Shown here one piece after another: positions 37,848 through 51,172 of a stretch of 64,000 bases of DNA. Every line of letters starts with the position of its first letter. Position 1 is the first letter of the stretch. A program made the translations under genes and the position numbers. The notes below the pieces were generated by a model that saw only the letters and a list, made by a program, of their open reading frames with translations, made no database searches and was not told the DNA's origin. The stretch comes from Felis catus (Eukaryota). The stretch is taken from assembly GCF_018350175.1 (NCBI RefSeq), contig NC_058369.1, positions 44,454,001 through 44,518,000 of the forward strand, read 5' to 3'.

Positions 37848-38700
37848 CAGTAAAACCTTGATTTGTGAGGTTAATTCATTCTGGAAACATGCTTGTAATC
37901 CAAAGCACTTGTATATCAAAGCGAATTTCCCCATAAGAAATAATGAAAACTCAGATGATTCGTTCCACAACCCAAAAATATTCATATAAAAATTATTACA
38001 ATAATATAATATAATACAAAATAATAAAGAAAATAAACAAATAAAAGTAAACAAACTAACCTGCACTTAGTTTTGAAAACCTTTGTGGCTGCTGTGAAGG
38101 AGACGAGAGAGAGGAGGGTGATTGTGTAGGATGACTTTCACTATCACTAATGGAATCACTACCATCTGTTGACTCAGTGGAATCTTTTTCTGCATGGAGC
38201 CCATTGTATATACTCACACAGATGTTGACTACATTACAATATTAATAAACTCTTATATACTGTATTTAATGTAACTGGCAGTAAGGCAGCAGAGGAAAGG
38301 GTCTATATCTACAGGAAGCCTAACCTAGAATAAAGCAAAGCCTTCCTCAGCTTACTCTTATATGGAAAAACAAAGGAACGTCCGTGGGTTTTTGGAAGTG
38401 ACAAAAAGTACACTAATGCCAGTTGTGGGCACATTGCATCATTCTGAAAAATCACTGATTTCTGCCAAACATTATGGCCTGAGACCAAGCATCCGAGTAT
38501 GGGAGACAATCACCCACAATCCTGAAGTGAGAAAGAGAAAGAAAAACCATTGGCTCATTTGTGATCATGTGACATTCAGCATCATGTGCTACTTGTATTG
38601 TAAGACATCACTTGTTTATCAAATTAAAACTTATTAGAAATGTTTGCTCATCTTGTGGAACACTCGTAAAACAAGTTACTTGCAATCCAAGATTTAACTG
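37848..38700. mobile_element. 853-bp non-autonomous Tigger/pogo-like DNA transposon
   Basis: Left end CAGTAAAACCTTGATTTG; right end reverse-complements to CAGTTAAATCTTGGATTG (14/18). TA at 37846-37847 and 38701-38702. No transposase ORF. Confidence 0.8.
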
Positions 38701-41154
38701 TATATACATATTAAATACTATATGTGACAACTTTTCTAATAAGAGAAAATTTTAATTTTGTCAAAGTACATAAGAAGAGTACTAAACCATAATTACAAAT
38801 CCAGAGAAAGCTTCCAGAGGATGTTTGTCTAAGCACAAATTTAAAGCTTGCCAGAGAAAGAGAGAAGAAGCACATACACAGATAATAAGGCAAGATTGCC
38901 AGGCTTATCCACCTAACCCACAATATAGCTGTAATGTAGATGTAGGCTGCAGAGATATAGGGGAGTTGAAAGAAACCCTTATTTCCTGGTTCTGTAAAAT
39001 TATTGACGATAGGTGGAAGGTTGTTGAGTAGCTTGATCATATTTGCACTCTGGTGTATATCTAGCGAGCTGGAATGCGGGGGATGAACTAGAGGGAGCCA
39101 GGCTGCTCAGGTATGGGACTTGCCTTAAGCTGCTACATAGCTTTCCATGGAATCTTCCATTGGTGACTTCTTGTTTTAGATTCTTCCTTCAAGCAGGTAT
39201 GATACTGGCAGGCCTCCTATGTTATGTTAAGAAACCCAGAACCAGGTGATATTTTCCCCTGAAACCATTTGCTTGCTATTGAAAACTTTAAACTGTCTTT
39301 TCATTTGGGCGTATTAGAGAAATTGTAAAGAGTGAATAATAAAAATAATTTTAGAATATTCAAAAGACACTCTATTACATATTTGTAGGTAGACAAAAAT
39401 TGGCACCAAGAAGCCAACCTGATTGTTAGACCTGAAGGAAATGATTGACTGTGAAGACAAACCTGGGCCTTTTCCTTAGCAACAGCAATTAACCTAGAAG
39501 TGCCTTACCTTAGATCTGTTTTAAGACAACAGAACTGCTAGGCATATAAATATACACATATGATTACACACCCTGCTTTTCCTTGTGCACCTGTACTGCT
39601 TACTTGCAAATGCATGACGTATTTCTGGAGGTTATTTTCAATTTGAATGCAGTTTAATATTGTGTTCATTAAATGACAGTATATGAAGTATGTCTGCTTT
39701 ATCCAGTCTGGCACAGTGAAGCACTTAAAAAGAGGTGAAGCTTTATTTTAATTTTTTTGTTTTATAGAGCAAATTATTATGTGTTGACAGCTGGGCCCTG
39801 GGATATTGTATCTGTATGTATGTGTATATGATATATATGGATTATATAGTACTTATATATTTTATTCTGGCTATTTAACATTGCTTGGAAATGCAGCTTC
39901 TTATATCCACACTGAGGGTGTGGAGTTTTTAATTAGGGGCTACTGCAGTTGTCATGGAAGATCAGGTGTTAAAATCGATGGGACAAAGCCATCTGTTAAG
40001 GTTTAGGGGTTTGGACCAAGGAATGACTTCCATACAGGCCATGTTAATACCAGACAGAAACCATACATTTATTGTACATTTTTTTTTACCCCTAACCACT
40101 ATTACCATGCTCATCATGGCTATCAGACTCATTCCTCAATTGTATGAATTTAAGAGAAAGCAGGATCTTTTAGGAGGAATGGATGCCAGAGCGTAGAAGT
40201 GATACAAGTCTACATTACAATCTGGTGCATATCCATTGACATCACCCTGAGCCCCACTTGAGGTCTTACTCTGTTAAGCTCAGAACACTGTTAAAGGACA
40301 TACAAATATTTATTTCTGGTTGGTAAAATTTTGTCTTCCTTGCACTCAGCTAGATACTTGGATGACTATTTCATTGTATTTATGCAGGTTATTCTTTTCC
40401 ATTCATCAAGGTTGCTGTTTCCCAAGGAGTTTTTCTGTTTCCCTCCGGTGGAGTTTCCATAAGGCAACCTGACATACAATCCGAGCCTGAAATGTGATGC
40501 TAGGAAAAGTCAGATAAAAGCTTATGCATATTTACAGTTACATAAACATAAGCACTGGGAGGACATATTTCATCAAGTTTTTTGCTACACTTGAAAATAC
40601 TGTCCTGAAACTCATAGCTGAGATGTGGTTAGTGAGGAATTGAGAGGCAATAAAATAAAAACTTGAACTGTGTAGGCATGGACTTTAATAGAAACCATGG
40701 AATAGAGTTTTCTTAAGGTAACTTCAACTATTTAGATCTTTCTTTCATCCTTTGCCACATCTCTGAATCAGCCTCAGCCTCTGAATTTGTCACTAATTAG
40801 AATTCTTCTCAGAAATCCTTTTGTAGATAACACAAGATAGCTCTTCGTTTCCACAGGTAACTGGAATTATAGTTTCTTGTACCAACAGCATGCCCAGACT
40901 ACTAATTTAAGAGGAGAGTTTGATATAATGAAAAATGTATATAGCATTACAGCTATTCCCATTTTCCTATTTTTCTTCTGTCTTTACATAGATCTTACAT
41001 TTTACTGCAAAGAGCTCACATTGATAGTCAATGAGAAATAAAGGAAAAACCTACATGCTGTTTTTCTTTTTAGTATATAAGAAGTACAGAATTGTGACAT
41101 TATTTTTTTTATCATTAAGAAACACAAGGTAAGCCTGGTTCTTTTCCTACCTTA

Positions 41155-41378
41155 ATTTTTAAACGTTTTTTAATTTTTAAATGTTTTTATATTTTTTTTA
41201 GATAGAGACAGAGCATGAGCAGGGGAGGGGCAGAGAGTGGGGGAGACACAGAATCTGAAGCAGGCTCTAGGCTCTGAGCTGTCAGCACAGAGCCTGACGC
41301 GGGGCTCAAACTTGGAGTGTGAGAACATGACCTGAGCTGAAGTCAGACGCTTAACCGACTGAGCCACCCAGGCGCCCC
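41155..41378 (-). mobile_element. Can-SINE
   Basis: Complete reverse body ending gagccacccaggcgcccc. Confidence 0.94.
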
Positions 41379-41577
41379 GCTCTGACCACTGTGTCTTATG
41401 TGAGCAAACTTTCATGATCTCTGAACTTCCCTCATATATGATGCAGTAAATCATAAATATAACATATACATGAGTATGAAATATGCACATTTCTTCCTTT
41501 ACTGTTAGAAAAACAAAAAAAAATTTTTTTTCTAAAATCCAATTCTCAGGCTAAGACATTTTTGATACAATTGGGGC

Positions 41578-42115
41578 CTTATTTTGAAATAATTATAAAC
41601 ATACAGAAAAATTAAAAAGTTGGTACAGAGTTCCTGTATGCCCTTCTCTCTGGTTCTCCTAATGTGACCATCTTACATACCATCATATAGTGACCCAAAC
41701 CAAGTAACTGACGTTGGTACCGTACAGTTAACTAAATAACAGCCCTTATCTGATGTTCATCAGTTTTTCTAATAATGTACTGTTTCTTTTCCAGGATCGA
41801 ACCCAGAATCCCACATGGTTTATAGTATTCACTTCTCAGGGTCCTTTAGCTTCTTAGTCTTTGCTTTCCTTTTGTGATTTTGACACTTTTAAAGATTTCA
41901 AAATCTTACTAAGTTGTCTGATGTTTTCTAACAATTACAGTGAGGTTAGGCATTGTTGGCAAAGAAACCACAGAAGAATACTGTGGCCCTCTCAGTGAAC
42001 CACTTGCAAAGGGCCCATTGGGCCAGTATGACTTATCAATGGTCATGTTAACCTTGATCACTTGATTCATAGAGGGTCGGCTGAGTTTCTCCCCTGTAAA
42101 ATTAGTATTCCCACC
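41578..42115 (-). mobile_element. Old L1 3' region (L1MC/L1MD-like)
   Basis: ttattttgaaataattataaa...tcttttccaggatcgaacccagaatcccacat...atgttaaccttgatcacttg. Confidence 0.75.
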
Positions 42116-42909
42116 CCCCACAGTGTTAACTTTAGACAACGATGTGTGTATTTCCTCTTAACATATTAAATATTGTGTAGTCACCTTACTCTTTTATGCT
42201 CTAGTTTCCCTTCCTAGAAACCATTATGCAGGAACCTTACTTTGATTCCAACCAGTGTGCTGAGAATTCATACACTGTCCTTTGGAGATTCTCAGATAAA
42301 AATCACTTTATACTTGGAAATGATCACTCTATTGCATTTTAAATAAGAACATAAATAGAATGGCTAAAAGTAAATTGGCAGCTTGTGCTCATTTCACACC
42401 CAGAACTACAGGACATCTGTTATATATGTGACAGGCCAGACCTGAAATGTGGTTTTCTCAGAACCAACTAGTGTTTGTCCAGTTCAGTCTAAGTCAACCT
42501 AATTAAACAAAGAACATGTTGATCACTTGCTACCTATTTTGGTTATGAAACTAACAGGATGGATACCCTACCCTTTGATGAATGTTACATAAAACTTTTT
42601 AAAAATGGTCACATTCACAATTTTCGTTGCTGATATAAGAGCTAAAAAAAAAAAAAGAGCTAAAAAATAATCCTGTGACACGCTAATGATTCTGGATCCA
42701 TATGCTGTAATTCAGTCATTAGTTTGCATCCAATGATTAAGTATCCCCACCAATGCAGAGAAAGACAACCTTTTCAAAGAGGCTTACCAGCTTTAAACTT
42801 TATTTTTCCTTTTGAACGTCAGTGCTGTCTACACTGATACGATACACTGAGAGGAAATTGGCCACTTAATAGGTCTACAAGAAAGCAGGAGAAGGAATAC
42901 CAAAGAATT

Positions 42910-43072
42910 AAGTCTCTCGCATTCCTCTCCAAGCTTCCATTTCCTCTTTGACAAATGGGAATTATTACATATCTACCTCCTCAAGTTATTGTGAGGATTA
43001 GATAATATATATAAAATCTTGGATAGAAACTGACATGTAGTAAGTACTCGAGGAAAAGCAGCTTGTCATTTT
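42910..43072 (+). mobile_element. MIR
   Basis: tttcctctttgacaaatgggaat...ttgtgaggatta...gtagtaagtactc. Confidence 0.65.
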
Positions 43073-43349
43073 ATCAGCGTACCATTTTTCATGCCTGAGG
43101 TACAGATTTTGGTGCAAAAGACAAATGCAGGTGATTGCTTGCTGAAATAGTTTTGTTTAATATGCAGGGACTTCTGATAAACTGTTCTATACCAAATAAG
43201 GATTCAAAAGAGTTTTTCAAATAATGAAGAAACATCCTATAATCTGCATGCTGTCCCAGAATAAAGGAAAATGATACTGAGGTGTGCTTCACAGGAAAGT
43301 AATCTATTCTTCAAGGAAATGAATTCCTGGGTAAATAAACAGGAAAATG

Positions 43350-43465
43350 CACTAGAAGGCAAGCTCTATGAAGATGGGACTTTGTCAACTATATTTTGAT
43401 ATCCAGTGCCTAGTACCATGCCTGAAATACTGTAGCTGTTCAACAAATTTTTTTTAGATAAATGT
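43350..43465 (+). mobile_element. L2 3' end
   Basis: ctagaaggcaagctctatgaag...ccagtgcctagtaccatgcctg. Confidence 0.65.
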
Positions 43466-44837
43466 CCTAATATAGTATTTATTTATGTAAAGAATAGCAC
43501 AGGATCTAGAATGCACAGTTTACCCTTGCATGAGATGGAAAGCTATGAATATAGTTATAATATACTCTCATAGCCCTGAACAGGAGGGTGGTTTCATCCT
43601 CACAGATTCTTCTTACTATAGAGAAACTTCTAAGTTTCCCTTAGGTAAGACAAAGCCCTTATTAAGATTGTTATTATGATGTTAACAGTTTTACATGCGT
43701 TAGCTGATACACTTCTCTATAAACTTATAAAGTAAGTAACAATGTCTCCATTATGTAGATAAAAAATTTAAGGGTCAGAAATAACTTTTACAGAACAATT
43801 CAGTTATTGGATATAAAAACCTGAGATTTGAACTTCGGTCTGATTCCAAAGACCATCTATACTCTTGACTTACACTGGTGCACTTTCCTGGCTGTCTGCT
43901 GTTCTAACACCCTTAGAGTACTGTGTTACTTACTCTTCTGTAGAATAAAATAAACTTCATAAGAGCAAATTGTTTCTGGCTTATTCATTGTTGTATCATA
44001 TTACATGTCAGTTACTAGAAGTTTAATTAATAATGTGTGAATAAAGGAGAGAGTGTAAAAGATTTTAGCCCCTTTATTTTTATAGCTTATCATAATTTGT
44101 ACATTTATGCTTGCAGTCTTATTTCTGCTTCTGGTTAAGTAGATACAGACTCACTTTCAAGCTACTGAATATCTGATTTGGCTGTCCAAGCATTCGGCAA
44201 GCTGTGCATAATGATGAATATACTAGTAAGCTTTACTTACCCACTAAGTGCATCCAAGTAAAAGCTCTGAAAGTCATACGGTTCTTGCCACTTTAAANNN
44301 NNNNNNNNNNNNNNNNNNNNNNNNNNNNNNNNNNNNNNNNNNNNNNNNNNNNNNNNNNNNNNNNNNNNNNNNNNNNNNNNNNNNNNNNNNNNNNNNNNNN
44401 NNNNNNNNNNNNNNNNNNNNNNNNNNNNNNNNNNNNNNNNNNNNNNNNNNNNNNNNNNNNNNNNNNNNNAAGGAAAACAAACGTGAGATGGTTGCTAAAA
44501 AACCTATCCTGCTGTGATGGTAGGGGCCTTTAAAAAGTTTGCAAAGTTGACTTCCCAATACCCAGAAAGCAAGACTGAGACTGAAGTCTCTGGGCAGTTT
44601 CATTTCCCCCAGTCTTTCTCCAAATGCTCTCCTCTACCACTTAGGAAGGGTTGTGGTTTTCCCCATTGGTAAGTGTGCTTCCTTCATCCATTGCCTCCTA
44701 AAGCCAGAAGCTTCCACCACTTGTTATCTTTTCCCAACAAGTTTACCTACTCAAAACCCACACTCAAATTTTTCTAAGTAAATCCAGTTATAATGATTTT
44801 CTCTTATATTCCTTTCAACAACCCTGTATCATCCCTG

Positions 44838-44967
44838 TCACTTTACCAAAGAGAAAAATGAGGCCAACAGAGGTTAAATGACTTGCCTGAGGTCAACAGC
44901 TAAATGGTAGAACTGGGATCTGAACCTGGCTTTTGTAATTCTGAAGCCAATGTTTTCAACCACCATA
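44838..44967 (-). mobile_element. MIR
   Basis: agaggttaaatgacttgcctgaggtcaacagcta...gggatctgaacc. Confidence 0.75.
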
Positions 44968-45623
44968 GGGAAGGCAAAGAAATTTTTAATTTTACATGCA
45001 AACCATATTGATTTTGTTGTGTCTACTTGAAATGTTATGTTGAAAAGATTCTGGGACTGCCCTTGGGCTAAGCAGGAAAGAGTGCCATACTCAATTAGGT
45101 TTGCTTTCCATAGGAATGGGAAGGAGGAGAGAGCTGCCATGTATTTCCCTGTGTTCAGCTATGATCTACTTTCGTTCTTGTTTTTACTGTAATGAGAGTA
45201 TATGAATATGGGAATGACATTCTAAGGGAAGGATGAAATATTTGAGAAGCAGTCTAAATAAGAGGAAAACACTATATACTTTTTACATGCTATAATTGCC
45301 TATTATTCTAATAAACCTGCATTGTAACGTAATGCTTAAATATCTATACTCTGAACTCAAACTTTCAGGGTTCATTTTAAGGGTATTGTAGATACCTACA
45401 TCCTGATGGTAGTGGTGGTGTATGACTGCATGAATTTTAGAAATCTCATCAAAATTTACACTAAAATAATGCACATCAGTATATGCAAAATATACTTCAG
45501 TAAACTTGGGGGAAACACTTACAGTTCACATCCTGTTCCCTATTACTTTTCAACTCTAACAAAGGACAATTTAATTAACACTTAAAATGAAAATAATATT
45601 GTCCACCTTAAAGCGTTCATGTA

Positions 45624-45825
45624 TTTTTTTAAATGTTTATTTATTCATTTTGAGAGAGAGAGCACAGGAGGGGTAGAGAGAGAGGGAGCGATAGAGAATC
45701 CCAAGGATGCTCCACACTGTTAGCACAGAGCCCAAAGCTAGGGTTGAACTCATAAATCATGAGAGCGTTACCTGAGCTAAAATCAAGAGTCAGACCCTTT
45801 AAGCACTGAGCCACCCAGGTACCCC
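45624..45825 (-). mobile_element. Older Can-SINE
   Basis: gagaatcccaagg...aatcaagagtcagac...gagccacccaggtacccc; degenerate TSD TAAAG[C/G]GTTC. Confidence 0.88.
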
Positions 45826-46616
45826 CTAAAGGGTTCTTTTAAAGAAGATATGAGTTAATATTTATAAGAGACTACTACATAGACATAATAAATACTCTGT
45901 AGATGATATCTATTGTTTATTACTTCCTCAGTTTTTATAGTATATTCTACAATTACATTGCCTCCAACATTGTTTAATAGTTTTATCACATAGACTTTTA
46001 TGTTCCTTGTTAACTACACATGTTATACTGGAAACTCACAAACATATGAAACATGTATATTTTACCCATTTATATTATGTATATTGTGCAATTATCCATA
46101 TATATATGAATATGTAATTACAGTTTTGAATACATGGCTTTCATGCTAGAAGACAGGTACCATTTTAGTTTATTTTTCAACTGAATTATAAAGTGTTCAG
46201 TATTGATATGTTGTAAATAAATATTAAAATTGATGGCCTATAAGATTTGTTTGAATATATTGAAAGTATTAGATATGATAGAATGTTTAGGATAAATTTG
46301 TGATAGATACTTGGAAACCTAAGCAAATAAAGAAGAAATTATTCACTCTAAAAAAATCTCAAGTAATAAAAAAGGAAATAAAAGCAGTATACTCTGGGGC
46401 TTAATTGAAAAATTGTTAACCAAATTAAATAATATAGCTAAATTCAGACAACATTGCAACCAGGTATGTATGCCTGTGTTTGTCCACTTGTGTCTGTCAC
46501 TGGGACTGATTGTATAAGAGATCTGAATTACCACTCTCCATAAAATAACAATACGTTAAGCCCCCAAATCAAGAAAGAGTAGTTTAAACATTTGTGTTAA
46601 ACCAATATTAAGATAT

Positions 46617-46644
46617 TATATATGTATATGTATGTGTGTGTGTG

Positions 46645-46687
<43 letters not shown>
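46617..46687. repeat. Alternating purine-pyrimidine tract including (TG)6 and (CA)18
   Basis: Directly visible. Confidence 0.95.
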
Positions 46688-46688
<1 letters not shown>

Positions 46689-46904
46689 AGAAAAGTAACT
46701 TGTTTTCCCTGGAAAGTAGTTCCCTCTAGGGAGTAGAAATAAGTATTTAAGCTATGTTTATGTATTACTTTAATAAAAGTAAAGATTAAATAAAACTTGA
46801 ACAGTAGCACAATAAGTGATTATTTAGTGGAGGCTATGAACAGTGAATATGCATTTGTGGCTTAGGATTAAATTTCCAGTAATAGCACCATACATAGAAT
46901 TTAA

Positions 46905-48797
46905 TTTTGTATGTTTGTTTTTGGTTTAAGTGAAGCTTTATTAGCATTATATTAGTTTTAGTTGTACAATATAGTGATTCAACACTTATTCACATCAGCT
47001 GGTGCTCATCAGAACTGCACTCCTTAATTCTCATCACCTGCTTAATCCAAGCCCTCCGCACCCCATCCCTTCCCCTCCCCACCGGGTTCTCCCCTCTGGT
47101 AACCATCAGTTCGTTCTTTGTAATTAAGAGTCTGTTTCTTGATCTCTCTCTCTCTCTTTCACGTTTGCCCTTTTGTTTCTTAAATTCCAAATATTGGTGA
47201 AATCATATGGTATTAGTCCTTCTGTGGCTGACTTAATTTTGTTTAACATTATACTCTCTTGTTCCATCCATTTTGTTGCAAATGGCAAGATTTCATTATT
47301 TTTATGGCAGGTTAATATTCCATTGTATGTATCTGCCACATCTTCTTTACCCATTCACCAATCAGTGGACACTTGGGCTGCTTCCATATCTTGGCTATTG
47401 TAAAAAATACTGCTATAAAATAGGGGTGCATGTATCTCTTTGAATTAGTGTGCTTGTATTCTTTGAAAAAATACCCAGTAGTGCAATTGCTAGATCGTAG
47501 GGTAGTTCTATTTTTAACTTTTTGAGAAACCCCCATATTGTTTTCTGCAGTTGAACCAGTTTGCATTCCCATCAACAGTACGAGTATTCCTCTTTCTCCA
47601 CATACTCACCAACATCTATTGTTTCATGTGTTTTTCATTTTAGCCATTTTAACAGAGGTGAAGTGATACCTCATTCCCTGATGAGATTTGGTTTGTATTT
47701 TCCTGATGGTAAGTGATAATGAGCATCATCTCATATGTCTATTGCCCATCTGAATGTCTTCTTAGGAGAAAGGTCTGTTCAGGTCTTCTGCTATTTTTAA
47801 TTGGATCCATTGTTTTTCAGCTGTTTACTTGTTTGTATATGTTGTTTTTATATTTTGGATACTAACCCTTTATTGGATATGTCATTTGGAAGTATCTTCT
47901 CCCATTCTGTAGGTTGCCTTTTAGTTTTATTGATTGTTTCCTATGTTGTGCAGAAGCTTTTTATTTTGATGTAGTCCCAAGAGGTCTTTACTCCAGTTTG
48001 AATTTTTTTGTGTGTGTATGGTATGAGAAAGTGATCCAGTTACAGGGTGCCTGGGTGGCTCACTCAGTTCTGCATCCGACTCTTGATTTTGGCTCAGGTA
48101 ACGGTCTTAATTCTTGTGAGATCAAGCCCCATGTCAGGCTCTGCGCTGGCGGTGCAGAGCCTGCTTGGGATTCTCTCCTTCTTTCTCTCCTGCTCATGCT
48201 CCCTGTTTCAAAATTAATAAAATAAACATTAAAAAAAGTGGTCCAGTTTCATTCTTTTACATATCCAGTTTTACCACATCATTTGTTGAAGAGACTGCCC
48301 TTATCCCATTAGATATTCTTTCCTGTTTGTTGAAGATCAATTGACCATATAGTTGTGGGCTTATTTCTGGGCTTTCTATTCTGTCCTATTGATCTTTGTG
48401 TTTACTTTAATTCCAGTACCATACTGTTTTGATTACTATAGCTTTGTAAGATAACCTGAAGTCCATAATTGTGGTGCCTCTAGCTTTGCTTTTCTTTTTC
48501 AAGATTGCTTTTGTTATTTGGGGGTCTTTTGTGGTTCCACAAATTTTAGAGTTGTTTGTTTTTGTTCTGTGAAAAATGCTACTGGTATTTTGATAGGGAT
48601 TGCCTTAAATGTATGTGAACATTACTTTGGATAGTATAAACATTTTAATAATAATTGTTCTTCCAATCCATGATCATGGGTCTCTTTCCATTTCTCTGTG
48701 TCATTTTCAGTTTCTTTCATTAGTGTTTTATAGTTTTCAGAGTGCACGTCTTTTACCTCTTTGGTTAGGTTTATTCCTAAGTATTTTATTATTCTTG
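46905..48797 (-). mobile_element. About 1.9-kb 5'-truncated, degenerate carnivore L1 (3' ORF2 + 3' UTR) containing a nested SINE
   Basis: ORF2-like peptides (FFTIAKIWKQPKCP; IKYLGINLTKEVKDVHSENYKTLMKE). 21-bp TSD AGCACCA[T/C]ACATAGAATTTAA at 46884-46904 and 48798-48818. Confidence 0.93.
48044..48234 (+). mobile_element. Can-SINE nested in L1
   Basis: Head gggtgcctgggtggctc. TSD AAAGTG[A/G]TCCAGTT at 48028-48041 and 48235-48248. Confidence 0.9.
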
Positions 48798-50954
48798 AGC
48801 ACCACACATAGAATTTAAAAGCATATCTCATACAACTTTGCGGGATGGGAACATGCTGTAATCTGAGAAATAGTGCCTTGCTTTAAATAGATTTGATGAT
48901 GACAAAGCCATGGTGACTACCATTCATTTCACTAATTATCTTTCAAATAGACAACTGTTCTATGATATGATGGTGCAAGCCAGGCCTTCAAGGCTTCAAT
49001 ATTACTTACAAGCAATCTAGTTCACCTTCCTCTTTTATTGGTGGAGAAATTTGCCAAGCAATTAAGTACAACACTGAGCCAATAACCCAGTTATGCTGAC
49101 TCTTAATCCAAGGATCTTTTAAAATACTGCACTGCAATTATTGAGATTACTTCAGTTTTTTGAAAATTGTCTCCTAAGTAATAATGTGTAAAGGTCCAAC
49201 ATCAAAGTAGATTAAGGTTTTATAAGGAGAAAGTGATTGTGGGTATATATTCTAAGAAACTTAAGAAAATTTTGAAAATTGGTGTATAGAAGTCTCTTGT
49301 CTCTCAGGGTATATAAAATATATCCTTCAGTGACCGCAATGATGAGATACTGGCTAGCTTGACTTTTATCTCCAAGGATATCTTTCTAATGTAATTATTG
49401 TATTTCTGGTTAGAATTGCCACAAGTGGTAGACATTGTTTTGTCCAAAAAGGCTTTAAAAATGAAGAAGATTGTCCACTTTAACTGACCCTCTCTTATTC
49501 CTCAAGGCCTTCTCTAATGAAGTTTTACAATGGATATAGAGTCCAAATCAGCCGATAGGTGATGTACAGTCTAAATAAGGGATTCCATCTTATGCATGCC
49601 TACCTCTTGGTAATTAGGTGGGGCTTTCTAAATGTATTGTCCAGCCCTTTTATATTTTTTCTTCTTTACACTGTCCTCTCTGTTCTTTGAGATGCTTTGG
49701 AATGAGCAATCCAATGAGAGAAACCATGCAACATATGTTTTTTCACCATTCCTAAAGGAGACTTGTTGCAGTGTCCACAGAAATAGGGAAAGCATCAGGG
49801 ACATAGAAATGGAAATGTGTCTTTTCTAGTACATAGAGTAAAAAGCTAAAACAGGGAGAAAAGCTAGTAAGCAAATTTGATTGAGTGATACGATAGGAAT
49901 TTTCACTCTCCAAGAAGAACCTGTAGGCCAGCTACCATAACCATAGGAAGTATGCATTATATGTATTACTCATTTGACATATAAACTAACTTGTACAGTC
50001 AGTAATCTTTTCTACCTGCTGAGTTGTTGTGCCCTTGTGGGTAGAGACCTTGACCTTGGCTCTTTTCATTCTGTACATTACCATTTGATTAATGGGCACT
50101 CAGTAAATATCTGTTGACTGATTGAACACTAAGATTTGACTGTATGCCATTTTCCCTTGAATTGATTGGCAGATTGCTTTCTAAAGAAGCTAGATTTCTC
50201 TCTTGCTTCCAGTTTTGTTCACTGCTTCCCCGCCATTGTGATTGACTGCACCCCTCATTAGCTAATTGTAGAGTTAAAAAATGCTCAACTGTGAAACTGG
50301 GCAATATGGATGATCCTTTTTAAAATTCCTGCCTTAAGAATGGCTGCCCTCTAAATAATAATTAGTAAGAAAACAAATGTTCATGTTGCTCTTACACTTG
50401 GAGGGAAACGAACTTACTCACTTTGTGCTGTTGTAAGAAGTTTGTGAATTAACTCTAGTGATATGTAGCCTTCTAACTAGATCTCAGCTCAGAAGCTTTA
50501 CTGTATGAATGTTACACAGATTCTGCACTATTACTTACTTGTATCTCGCTTCATTTCTGCAGAAGGACAAAATGAAAAGCAGAGTCAGAAAAGAATCACT
50601 ATCAGAACTTTATGTCATGCTTTAAAAGACACATAGTTTATTTACGTTTTTGTCACTGGGAGAAAAAAACCATAGGACTTTAAGTCTGAAGACATAGATT
50701 TGAGTACTGGTTCTATTGATTTCTAGACATTTGGCCTTGGCCAAGTTCCACAGCCTCTCACAATCTAATTGCCAAAGCTGTAATTTTTTAGAAGATAGTG
50801 ATGCTTGATCTTCATGGTCCTTATGAAGGCTAAAATAAGAAGAAAATGTAAAAGCACATGGGATGTCCACAAAGGATATTAGTTACATGTTCTTTTATTT
50901 ACATACCAACTATTGACTGCCTAGTCTATGCCATGCACTATCCATATGTCTCTT

Positions 50955-51172
50955 TTTTTTTAATTTTTTTAATGTTTATTTTTTTTGAGAGAGAGAGAGA
51001 TACAGTGCAAACAGGGAAGGGACAGAGGGAGAAGGAGACACAGAATCCAAAGTAGGCTCCAGGCTCTGAGCTGTCAGCACAGAGCCTGATGTGGGGCCTG
51101 AACTCACGAACCATGAGATCATGACCTGAGCCGAAGTCAGACACCTAGCCGAATGAGCCACCCAGGCGCCTC
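50955..51172 (-). mobile_element. Can-SINE
   Basis: Complete reverse body. TSD TCCAT[A/G]TGTCTCTT at 50941-50954 and 51173-51186. Confidence 0.94.

Noticed and set aside
42638-42667. AAGAGCT-polyA-GAGCT-polyA as a solo poly(A) retro-insertion
   Set aside because: Cannot be told apart from simple slippage duplication without an ortholog.
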